Source: Cyanobacteria bacterium auto_48_18 (lineage in GTDB: Bacteria > Cyanobacteriota > Vampirovibrionia > Obscuribacterales > Obscuribacteraceae). Taken from it: 64,000 bases of DNA. The stretch covers positions 1 to 64,000 of the forward strand of contig JAVHQC010000034.1 of the NCBI GenBank assembly GCA_036170915.1, given 5' to 3'. The notes under the pieces were generated by a model. It was not told where the DNA came from. It was given only the letters and a program-made list of their open reading frames with translations, and searched no databases. The position numbers were made by a program, and so were the translations under genes. Each line of letters opens with the position of its first letter. The first letter of the stretch is position 1. Below, in pieces: positions 46,719-55,510 of the stretch.

Positions 46719-49133
46719 CTACTCCAAGGCTTGTGAATCGGTTGCTGAAGGCTCAATTTTTTTCAGTGAAGGAATGGATTTATACAAAGATTTTTTATAA
46801 CTATCGTTATCGAAATACTCTTGCGGTATCGTCAATAATTGAAGGTGTTTGAACTTTGTCAAAGTCGAAAGACACTGCGGATTTAACTTGCACTGAATAA
46901 TTTCGAGATGGTTTAGTCCAGGTAATTTTGCCAGTTGTTCCATTACGGCATTGCTTATGACCATACGTCTTAGCGTGATAAAACTCAGTGATTTGCAGGT
47001 GCTCAGGCTGTCTATGTCAGCTGCGGTCAATTTGACTTTTTCTAAAGTTAGAGCTTCGAGCTTACTGCTGCCACTAAGAGCTTTCAAAGTTTGAGGCAAA
47101 CTGTGACTAACTTCCAGGTACAAATACGATAGTTGCGGTAAAAGCTTGCACTTTGAAAATGATTTGTCTTCAAGTTGTGATGAGCTCATAGTCAATGATT
47201 CAAGCTTACGTAAACGGTTTAGATAAGCCACGTCTTCAGGGCGAAAATTTATGCCGTCCAGCCGCAGCCTGGTCATAGCAGTAAACTTGGCTATATGTGG
47301 CATCGGTGTACTTTCGGCGAATTTCGATACGCTAATTGAAAGTCCAGCCAGCTCGTCAACTTGAAATAGCTGAAGCAGCTGAGGAAAACCAGCTACGGCG
47401 TCGCTCGCGTCTAGAATATGCGGACCACTGTCTGGCAGAATCACATTACCCCGGGCTTGAACCGCCTGCCCCGAGTGAGCAGAGCTGGTCAGGCTGCCTA
47501 AAGAAAACTGCTGGGGGAAGTAATAAGCTTTTTGCAGTCTATTGTCTATGCGCACCATGCGTGAATAACTAACAGGTTTTGTGCGTAGATAGGCATTTAC
47601 TTTTCGCGTCAGGCCTTCATCGTCTAAGGAAGAATCTATTTTTGGTTCAACACCCGAGGCTTCGCTATCACTTAAGGTGTCTTGAATTTTACTAGCTATT
47701 TCTGGTTCTATTGGTGCAGACATATTGATGAAATAAATACCGGTGAAAGTTGCCCCAATTAGTGCCACCACCAGTACAACCAGGCCTATCATAGCGGCAG
47801 GAATTAAGCTGCCCTGGCGCTCAGAACTCTGCGCGCCTTCATTTTCATAATGGCGATTGCGAACGGTTGTTGTGGCAAAGCTGGCTAACTCTTTACCGGC
47901 TTTAATGCGCTCTAGATCGAGGGCCAGCTCTTTTGCTGTCTGGTAACGATCTTGAGGTAATTTTGCCAGGCATCTAGACACAACCAGATCGATTGACTCT
48001 GGTAAATCTGCTGTTGCTAAGTCAGAAAGCAATGGAGGTTCGTCTTCTTCGTGCTTCATGGCAATTTCAAGAGAAGATTGACCATCGAAAGGCACATAAC
48101 CACTCAGAGTTTCAAAAATCGAACAGCCTACAGAATATAAGTCTGACCGTATGTCGGCTTCGCCGCCGGTGCACTGCTCTGGGCTCATATAAAATGGGCT
48201 GCCAATAATTTGGCCCACTGCCGTTAGTTTTTGCGCCTCATCTCGATTGGTCAATTTTGCAATGCCAAAATCAAGAATTTTTATTGTTAGTAGAGCGCTG
48301 GCTTCAGTCTGAGCGAGAAAAATATTGGCAGGCTTGATATCGCGATGGATGATACCGTGGCGGTGAGCGTATGCAAGGCCGTCTAGCACTGCTATAAAAA
48401 TATCAAGGGTAGCCGTGAGCGTCAGCGGCCCGTCTTGCGCGAGAATATCTTCTAGATTGCGGCCTTGCAGATAATCCATCGAATAGTAATAGACACTTTG
48501 ATCGTGTATGCCTAAGTCATAGACAGTTACCAGGTTTGGATGTTTGAGCGCTCCTAAAGTTTTCGCCTCAGATTGAAAGCGTAACCAGAAATGTTCACTT
48601 ATTAAGGACGGTGACAGAACTTTGAGCGCATAAACTTTATTCATCGCTAAATGTTTTGTCAGGTAAACAGTGCCCATGCCGCCGGTGCCTATAATTTTGA
48701 TGATTTCAAATGTGCCACCGATAACGGTGCCCGCGGCAATTGGTCTTAACTGCTGATCGCCTGAAATCTCAGACTTCTTCTTTAGCTGGCTGCGTTCTGC
48801 AGTTTGTGTACGCCCGAAGCTATTCTTTCTATGCTTAACCAGCTTCGGATTCTTAGCCAGCTTCGGATTTTCGCACTGGCAGCGCAATTCTTTAAATAGG
48901 AAGGCTGTAAATGAGCCAATTTTTTCTTCAGTTGGTCGCGATTTTCCGCAATTCAGGCAAATTTGTGCTGCGTCTTTTTGGTCATTTCTATTACGCTCAG
49001 ATAAATTACTTTCAACACCATCAGCGGCCGAGCGGCATCGGCAATAGTTGTGCTGAAAAAAATAGGAAGTAATTGACCCGGCTCTATCTGCTAAGGGTGA
49101 TTTGCCGCACTGCGGGCAGAGGCTATCAGTCAT
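46719..49133 (-). CDS. K12: receptor-like Ser/Thr kinase with LRR ectodomain
   Basis: Same architecture; motifs intact. Confidence 0.93.
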   Translation of the reverse strand: MTDSLCPQCGKSPLADRAGSITSYFFQHNYCRCRSAADGVESNLSERNRNDQKDAAQICLNCGKSRPTEEKIGSFTAFLFKELRCQCENPKLAKNPKLVKHRKNSFGRTQTAERSQLKKKSEISGDQQLRPIAAGTVIGGTFEIIKIIGTGGMGTVYLTKHLAMNKVYALKVLSPSLISEHFWLRFQSEAKTLGALKHPNLVTVYDLGIHDQSVYYYSMDYLQGRNLEDILAQDGPLTLTATLDIFIAVLDGLAYAHRHGIIHRDIKPANIFLAQTEASALLTIKILDFGIAKLTNRDEAQKLTAVGQIIGSPFYMSPEQCTGGEADIRSDLYSVGCSIFETLSGYVPFDGQSSLEIAMKHEEDEPPLLSDLATADLPESIDLVVSRCLAKLPQDRYQTAKELALDLERIKAGKELASFATTTVRNRHYENEGAQSSERQGSLIPAAMIGLVVLVVALIGATFTGIYFINMSAPIEPEIASKIQDTLSDSEASGVEPKIDSSLDDEGLTRKVNAYLRTKPVSYSRMVRIDNRLQKAYYFPQQFSLGSLTSSAHSGQAVQARGNVILPDSGPHILDASDAVAGFPQLLQLFQVDELAGLSISVSKFAESTPMPHIAKFTAMTRLRLDGINFRPEDVAYLNRLRKLESLTMSSSQLEDKSFSKCKLLPQLSYLYLEVSHSLPQTLKALSGSSKLEALTLEKVKLTAADIDSLSTCKSLSFITLRRMVISNAVMEQLAKLPGLNHLEIIQCKLNPQCLSTLTKFKHLQLLTIPQEYFDNDSYKKSLYKSIPSLKKIEPSATDSQALE

Positions 49134-49143
49134 TTCATCACCA

Positions 49144-51531
49144 TTAAAACTGGGCCTTGTCTGCCTGGCGTATGCGCTTTAGCTTTGGCAAGGCGCGAAA
49201 TAATTGTTGCTCTTGCATGGCATCGAAAAGTCCGTCAGGCAAAAGTAGAGTTTTTAGATTTTTGAACTTTTTCAAAGCTTCAAGACACGAGCTGTCGAGC
49301 CTTGAACCCTGGTGTAGAGCAAGTGACTTCAGTCTCGGTAATTGTGATAGCTTATCGAGGGTTTCTTTGGTGAGAGTCATATTCTTGAAAGATAGACTTT
49401 TTAAATATTCTATTGATGCAATATTTTTCACATCAGCTTCTGTGAGCACAATATGATCCAGGTCAAGGCAGTCTAGGTTCGTGCTTGATGACAGCCGGGC
49501 CAACACTTCTGAAATATTAGACGGCCCGCGGAGACTGAGGCGAGAAAGCTGAGTTAGCATTTTGGTTTTGGCAAAATAAGACTGCCCTGCAGGAGTCAAT
49601 TCGATATGCAGTGCTGCAAGTTTAGTCAGCGGTTTAAGATATGGCAAGTCGGCATATTCGAAGCTGATGCCAGGCAGACTTAAATAATCAAGCTCGGTCA
49701 TTCTCGACACGAAAGGCATGACTCTGGTGCTGTCGCCTTTGCCTATAATAATTCCTTTTAAATCGTCTTTATAAAACTTCTTCAGCAGTTCAGGGAACTC
49801 GCCTACAAGCGGATTAGTGTTGAGGCTGAGGTAAGCGTCAGCCGGGACGATGCACTCGCCCCGAGCGTCAACGGTGTAGGGCATGCCTTCTTTAAAATAG
49901 GTCAAGGTGCCGATAGAAAAGCTTGGTGAAAAAGAGAACACTTTCAGTTGCTTTTCGTTCGAGCGCACTGTGTTTATGAGATAAGGTGCGGCTGATTTGG
50001 AGAATTCTTTTGCGCCAATACCATCGTCATCAACCACCGCTGGTAGCGTCAGGCTTGGACTTTTGGCAGTATCTTCCGCTTGTTCAATTCTCGGCACAAG
50101 TTCTGGTTGAGGAGCGTGATCGCGAGTAAAAACCCAGATTAATGCGGCACTGAGCGGCAACGAAAGCACGGCGGCAAAAACCAGCAATGTTGCGGGCGAA
50201 AGAATATTGGTGGTGTGCTCACCGCTGTTACCATTCTCATGAACCCGGGCCGATTGCTTACCACTCAATGATGAAAAAGCAGTTACTTCTTTGCCTTGTT
50301 TAATACGCTCAAGATCAAGAGCTAATTCTTTAGCAGACTGGTAACGATCACGGGGCAGCTTGGCCAGACATTTGGCAATGACTAAATCTATGGATGCCGG
50401 AAATTCTTTATCACTGACGGCGGAAAGATTAGGCGGATCTTTTTCTTCATGCATCAATGCAATTTCTACAGATGAATCTGCCTCAAAAGGAACATAACCG
50501 GTAAGGGTTTCAAAAATGGAGCAGCCCACAGAATACAGATCTGAGCGCGCGTCTACCGTCTCGCCCATGCATTGTTCTGGGCTCATATAAAAAGGGCTGC
50601 CGAAAACCTCACCTACGGCTGTAAGCTGCTGTGAGTCATCACCTTCGCTCACCAGTTTCGAAATGCCAAAATCGAGTATTTTAATTGCTGGCAAGACGCC
50701 GGCGGTTTCAGACGCACAAATAAAGATATTGGCAGGTTTGATATCACGGTGCACAATGCGCTGCCGGTGTGCGTATGCCAGTGCGTCAAGCACAGGCAGA
50801 AAGATCTCAATGGTATGCTCCAGGCTCTGGGCACCGTCCTGCGCCAAGATGTCTTCCAGGTTGCGACCTTTCAGATAATCCATAGAGTAGTAAAAAAGTG
50901 TTTTCTCGTGCACACCCAGATCGTAAACGTTAACCAGGTTGGGGTGATTTAAAGCTGCCAGTATTTTTGCTTCTGCCTGAAAGCGTAGCCAGTATTCTTC
51001 GCTGACAAAATCAGGGGCCAATATTTTTAGAGCATACTTTTTTTGCATTGCCTGGTGGTAGGCAAGATAGACAACACCCATACCACCTTCGCCAATCATT
51101 GATTCAATTTTGAACGTGCCACCAATAACGGTGCCCGGACGCAACGGCGTACCAGCTTCAATGCTTGCATTTTCTAGTTGCGCCTTTAAAATTTCAGTTG
51201 AGCGTCTTCTTTGTTTGATACGCTCGGCCGTGAGCGTGCGGCTGTTGTCAGACTTACTTTCGGTGCGGGTGCGAAACTTGGGCCGGGCGCACTGGCATCG
51301 CAGTTCTTTAAAAAGAAATGCCGTGAATGAGCCGGCCTTTTGGCCGGTGGGGCGGGACTTACCGCATTTTAAACAAATGGCTTCTTCGCGAACAATTGTC
51401 GCCTGCGACTTTTTTGACGATACTTCTTTTTGACATTGGCAGAAATTGTGCTGAAAGAAATAAGAAGTCATGGAACCAGCGCGAGCGGTGGCTTCAGGTT
51501 TGCCGCAGTTATGACAAAGATCTTTCGCCAT
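49144..51531 (-). CDS. K13: receptor-like Ser/Thr kinase with LRR ectodomain
   Basis: Same architecture; motifs intact. Confidence 0.93.
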   Translation of the reverse strand: MAKDLCHNCGKPEATARAGSMTSYFFQHNFCQCQKEVSSKKSQATIVREEAICLKCGKSRPTGQKAGSFTAFLFKELRCQCARPKFRTRTESKSDNSRTLTAERIKQRRRSTEILKAQLENASIEAGTPLRPGTVIGGTFKIESMIGEGGMGVVYLAYHQAMQKKYALKILAPDFVSEEYWLRFQAEAKILAALNHPNLVNVYDLGVHEKTLFYYSMDYLKGRNLEDILAQDGAQSLEHTIEIFLPVLDALAYAHRQRIVHRDIKPANIFICASETAGVLPAIKILDFGISKLVSEGDDSQQLTAVGEVFGSPFYMSPEQCMGETVDARSDLYSVGCSIFETLTGYVPFEADSSVEIALMHEEKDPPNLSAVSDKEFPASIDLVIAKCLAKLPRDRYQSAKELALDLERIKQGKEVTAFSSLSGKQSARVHENGNSGEHTTNILSPATLLVFAAVLSLPLSAALIWVFTRDHAPQPELVPRIEQAEDTAKSPSLTLPAVVDDDGIGAKEFSKSAAPYLINTVRSNEKQLKVFSFSPSFSIGTLTYFKEGMPYTVDARGECIVPADAYLSLNTNPLVGEFPELLKKFYKDDLKGIIIGKGDSTRVMPFVSRMTELDYLSLPGISFEYADLPYLKPLTKLAALHIELTPAGQSYFAKTKMLTQLSRLSLRGPSNISEVLARLSSSTNLDCLDLDHIVLTEADVKNIASIEYLKSLSFKNMTLTKETLDKLSQLPRLKSLALHQGSRLDSSCLEALKKFKNLKTLLLPDGLFDAMQEQQLFRALPKLKRIRQADKAQF

Positions 51532-51534
51532 TCG

Positions 51535-51571
51535 GATGGTTAGTTGCCCCAGTATTCAGCAACTAACCATC
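51535..51571. promoter_or_regulatory. 13-bp perfect inverted repeat just upstream of the K13 start
   Basis: GATGGTTAGTTGC-N11-GCAACTAACCATC, 3 nt from the ATG. Confidence 0.5.
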
Positions 51572-51598
51572 ATAGCGCCATCAAGGCAAAAAACAACT

Positions 51599-53284
51599 CT
51601 ACTTAGTGTCACTATCTGATTTGCTGCTCACCATTACTTTCTTTGGGGGCAAACGTTTGTCGATGGCCTCAGCGGCATATTTTCGACCAAAGTTAAATAA
51701 GCGCCAGTCAGTTTCCAGGCTCTTGTTTCTTGTGGTTTGCTGCTCTTTTAATCTTTGCAATATATCGTGCGCCTTTTCTGGCGGCAGGTCGTCGAGGCCG
51801 GCAATTAGCGGCCCAATGCCGTCAGCTGAAAGGGTCATGGCGTAGTTGACATCAAAGTTCTTCGGCGCTTCATTTAGCACCAGGCCGATGTCTTGAGGAC
51901 GCAATTTTGCCTGAGCCATATTGCTAGCTTGAACCATAGCATCAGGATTAGCGATGTTTACGCCAAGCATAATCGCTACTCCTGAAAGGTAGCTGGCAAA
52001 AGCGAAGCGCTGGCGATTGCCACTGAGAACGGTGGCGGCAAAGATGGCACAAACAGAGCCAAGCCAGCTCATAAAAACGGTGACGTACAAGCGCAGCTCA
52101 GATTGACCAAAAGCAGCTTGATACAAATTCATACGCACAAAGGCAGATGAAAGAATCACCAGCACCAGGGCAATTTGAGTGCCTGCCAGAAGCCTGAATG
52201 TATATTCGCCCAGCTTTGATTTGCGCGTAAGCATGGCATCTGCAGCTAAGAGCAGTGGCAGCACCAGTGCCACCACGGTATTCAATTCGAAGAATCCTTT
52301 GTGTACATAATCAGCGTAACTCAGTCCAGGTGTAAGTTCTACCAGGCTGGCGCCACCAAACAGGTAACGCAATTGCACAATTACAAATCCGGCGAAAAGC
52401 AAATTGATTGATCCCAGCACTGTTGCCATTTCGGTCAAACCGAGGGTTAACCATTGTTTGTTTTCCACCACAGTGTCTGGAATCACCGCATTAAATCTGG
52501 TGGCACTTATACTTGTACTTGAAGTGGCACTTGAGTTGGCACTGATTAATTCAGAATTGAGCTGATCGTATTCAAATCCGTCATGCAGAGGTGCGATTAA
52601 AGGCGAATTTGGCTGGTCAATTTTAAATATCGAAAGTCCATGAAGAAAACCGGCTGCCAACCAGGCAGTGGCTGAACCGAGCACGAGGTTAGAGGCCAGA
52701 TCGGCAAAGTCAATTTTAAAAGTCTGCTGGGCAATGGCAGCAAATGCCGGGTCGGCCGCGAGGAATAAGCCGAGAAATATTCCCACTAGCGGTGTGGCTA
52801 TGGCTAAGCCTTTGAGAAATGCGGCGAGATATTTGGCTTTAGATTCAGACATCATCTCGTTCCAATTAATATTGCGCACCAGAAGTTCGATGGTGTTGAA
52901 GAGCGGCGTGATGGCGAAAGTAACTAATGCCGCCGCATAATTTGCCAGAGTACCTTTGCCAAGCGGGGTGCCCATTAGTGAGAATGATGTGCAGGCCAGG
53001 CCGGTGAAAATAATGCCCAGGTCAATGGCTAAAAGAGTGGGTGAATCACGCAGAACAAAGAAGAGAGAAAAGAGCACCGCCGGAATGAGAAATGCCAGAC
53101 CTTTGCGCCGTGACGCGATTTTGCTGGCGCAGGCGAGCAGGCTCGTGGCCAGGGCTAGAGCGATGGTCATCACCGGAACGGCGAGTCCGGCCATTGTATT
53201 CGATTGAAGGTTTGCCTTGAGCAGTATGTCGGCCAGCACACCCATAACAGCTGCTGAAGCCAGAATTGCTAGAGGAATATTCAT
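51599..53284 (-). CDS. DUF4153/DUF4173-like multi-pass membrane protein
   Basis: Many TM helices; LFLAADPAF, VQLRYLFGG, SYADYVHKGFFEL, RMNLYQAAFGQSELR, YAMTLSADG. Confidence 0.85.
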   Translation of the reverse strand: MNIPLAILASAAVMGVLADILLKANLQSNTMAGLAVPVMTIALALATSLLACASKIASRRKGLAFLIPAVLFSLFFVLRDSPTLLAIDLGIIFTGLACTSFSLMGTPLGKGTLANYAAALVTFAITPLFNTIELLVRNINWNEMMSESKAKYLAAFLKGLAIATPLVGIFLGLFLAADPAFAAIAQQTFKIDFADLASNLVLGSATAWLAAGFLHGLSIFKIDQPNSPLIAPLHDGFEYDQLNSELISANSSATSSTSISATRFNAVIPDTVVENKQWLTLGLTEMATVLGSINLLFAGFVIVQLRYLFGGASLVELTPGLSYADYVHKGFFELNTVVALVLPLLLAADAMLTRKSKLGEYTFRLLAGTQIALVLVILSSAFVRMNLYQAAFGQSELRLYVTVFMSWLGSVCAIFAATVLSGNRQRFAFASYLSGVAIMLGVNIANPDAMVQASNMAQAKLRPQDIGLVLNEAPKNFDVNYAMTLSADGIGPLIAGLDDLPPEKAHDILQRLKEQQTTRNKSLETDWRLFNFGRKYAAEAIDKRLPPKKVMVSSKSDSDTK

Positions 53285-53565
53285 TGATTGGTTCTCTTTT
53301 AGAGTAGTCTTTTAACCGGAATAAAAATGTTAATTCAGGCACACGACAACGCAAGTGCTGCGCGCTGATTGCGCGCCACTCCAAGTTGGTGGTTGTGTGT
53401 TATTACCGTTATAACTCTGCGAAGTTAAGGCGCCGATCTATTCCTTAACCTCAAAAGCTTGTGTTAACTGACAAATTTCGCTGGGTGCTGCATTAGACTG
53501 GTGCTGTTAGAGCAAGTTAGACCTTGGTAAAGACTGGGGATGAAAAGTTAAGACAAGCTGAGTAA

Positions 53566-54438
53566 ATGAAAGGGAAAGCGATGCGCGACAAAATTGTGGC
53601 AGGGGCCGACCTGACCGGTTCAAAAGATAATCCGAACGAAGCCTGGTTGGTGGTTGGACGCTTCAGTAATCTGGGTTTTGAGCTAGTGGAAGTTAAGAAA
53701 ACAAGCTCTCACGCTTTAAATAAGGATCTGGCCGAGCACAAAACCTTAAGCGCTATTGGTATTGATTGCCCATTTTCTTTGCCTGCCGCATTTCTTGATT
53801 TTCTCGCTACTAAGAAGACCAAAAAGAGCTATCAATCCTGGCAAGAAGTGGTAGAAGAGTTGGTGTTTATTCCTTTTGATGAATTTACAGCTCTGGCTAA
53901 AGAATTTGGCAAAGAAGCGAAGCGCATTACTGATACTGCTGGTGGTGCTTCTGGTTTGAGCCCACTTAAGCGTGCCAACCCTGCCATGTTGCATCTGACT
54001 TATCACGGTATGCGCACCCTGGCGTCGCTTGACCCCAGTCGGTTTTTTGTACTGCCATTTCAGAACGCCATTCCTTTTGGTTGTGCCGTGCTTGAAGTGC
54101 AGCCCCGTGAAACTCTCAAATATCTTGGCATTACCGATGCTGTTTTTGTCACTAAAGAAAAACACGACGAAAATCTGGTTGAGGCCCACCGTGAGAAATT
54201 AGTACAAAATTTGCTCAAGGTCAAAGAACGCAAGGCTCTCACATTGAAAGAAATTCCCGCTTTGATTATTCAAAAATCTTTTTTGCATAATTTCCGCCAT
54301 TCTGACCGTGCCATCGATGCGCTGATTTCTTGCTACACCACTGCCATATTTAGTTTTGCTCCCACTCATTTTGATGATCCGTTTTCGTCAGACGCTCTGG
54401 AAGTCTTGTTAGAAGGATGGGTTTACCGGGCAAAGTAA
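53566..54438 (+). CDS. DUF429-like predicted RNase H-fold nuclease
   Basis: GADLTG, IGIDCPFSLP, KRITD, LEVQP, IDALIS, EGWVY. Confidence 0.78.
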   Translation: MKGKAMRDKIVAGADLTGSKDNPNEAWLVVGRFSNLGFELVEVKKTSSHALNKDLAEHKTLSAIGIDCPFSLPAAFLDFLATKKTKKSYQSWQEVVEELVFIPFDEFTALAKEFGKEAKRITDTAGGASGLSPLKRANPAMLHLTYHGMRTLASLDPSRFFVLPFQNAIPFGCAVLEVQPRETLKYLGITDAVFVTKEKHDENLVEAHREKLVQNLLKVKERKALTLKEIPALIIQKSFLHNFRHSDRAIDALISCYTTAIFSFAPTHFDDPFSSDALEVLLEGWVYRAK

Positions 54439-54462
54439 TTTTGCAGTTGGCGAGACAATTTC

Positions 54463-55035
54463 GTGACATTAAAATACCGCCTGGCCGTTGATAGTGATTT
54501 TGACAAAATGGTGCTTCTGCAAAATCGCTACCTTGGCGCAAATCTTGATAGTGATCAGAAGAAAGATGGTTTTCTGTCAGGCCAGTTTACGTCGCAGCAA
54601 TTTAAGCGCATTAATGAGGATGTGGCGGTAATTGTGGCCGAGAGTCGTGAGGCAGAAGATGGGTCGAAGTTTAAAAATAGTATCGTGGCATTTTTGTGTG
54701 CTTCCACTCCAGAATTAAATCAATCATCGCCCTTACCGCGGGCAATGATCGGCGAGTTTCCCACTGCTATGCTGGAAGGCGAAAAGCTTTCACATCTGCA
54801 TCCTTTAATTTGTGGTCCTGTCTGCGTCGATGCTAGTTATCGCGGAAAGGGTCTGGTTACCGAGCTCTACAGTAAGCTTTTTCTACACATTGCCGACAGA
54901 TTCAAAGCAGCTGTGGTTTTCGTGGCTGTGGACAACCCGCGTTCGATAGCTGCCCACCATAAACTTGGCATGCAGGTAGTGAAAAATTTCCATTACGCTG
55001 AAAAAGAGTATGTGATTATGGCACTAAATCTGTAG
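54463..55035 (+). CDS. GNAT-family acetyltransferase
   Basis: GPVCVDASYRGKGL (motif A); NPRSIAAHHKLG. Confidence 0.88.
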   Translation: MTLKYRLAVDSDFDKMVLLQNRYLGANLDSDQKKDGFLSGQFTSQQFKRINEDVAVIVAESREAEDGSKFKNSIVAFLCASTPELNQSSPLPRAMIGEFPTAMLEGEKLSHLHPLICGPVCVDASYRGKGLVTELYSKLFLHIADRFKAAVVFVAVDNPRSIAAHHKLGMQVVKNFHYAEKEYVIMALNL

Positions 55036-55077
55036 TAAGTCGTCTACGGCTCCGTCAAGTTTCCCTGAGGAGGGCGT

Positions 55078-55479
55078 ATGCGCACACTATTGTCTCTGGC
55101 TGCCGGTTTACTGGTAGCAATCAGTTGTTCGGCATCTATGGCATGGGCAGACGAGCCGCCGAAAGCAGATAATTCTGCTCACAATAAAGGGTCTATGCGC
55201 GAAGACGCTGTTACTGCTGAAAAGCAGGGTAATGCCAAAAGCGATATTGAGGTTTTGGCTAAAGTGCGTAAATCAATCGTAGCTGCAAAAGGGCTTTCCA
55301 TGAATGCCAAGAATGTCAAAATTCTTTCCAATGGTGGCTCTGTGACTTTGAAAGGGCCTGTGGATAGCGAGGCAGAGAAAAGCAGAGTTGAAGAGCTGGC
55401 TAAATCTTGCCGAGGTGTAACCGGAGTGACAAGTATGATCACGGTCGCCGAGCAAGCCACTAACCGTAACCCTAATTAA
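55078..55479 (+). CDS. BON-domain periplasmic protein
   Basis: Signal peptide; GSVTLKGPVDSEAEK...GVTGVTSMITV; GAGGAGG RBS. Confidence 0.9.
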   Translation: MRTLLSLAAGLLVAISCSASMAWADEPPKADNSAHNKGSMREDAVTAEKQGNAKSDIEVLAKVRKSIVAAKGLSMNAKNVKILSNGGSVTLKGPVDSEAEKSRVEELAKSCRGVTGVTSMITVAEQATNRNPN

Positions 55480-55510
55480 TAACAAGCAAAATTTTTTGGA
55501 GATAAAGACG

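Noticed and set aside
19280..51531. Diversity-generating retroelement as the source of kinase variation
   Set aside because: No reverse transcriptase in the window. The near-identical tracts are at 5' ends and in the kinase, not at C-termini, and show no adenine-specific mismatch pattern.
19553..51566. Numerous recurrent plus-strand and alternate-frame ORFs within kinase genes
   Set aside because: Antisense or frame shadows that recur only because the underlying kinase codons are conserved; no recognisable motifs.
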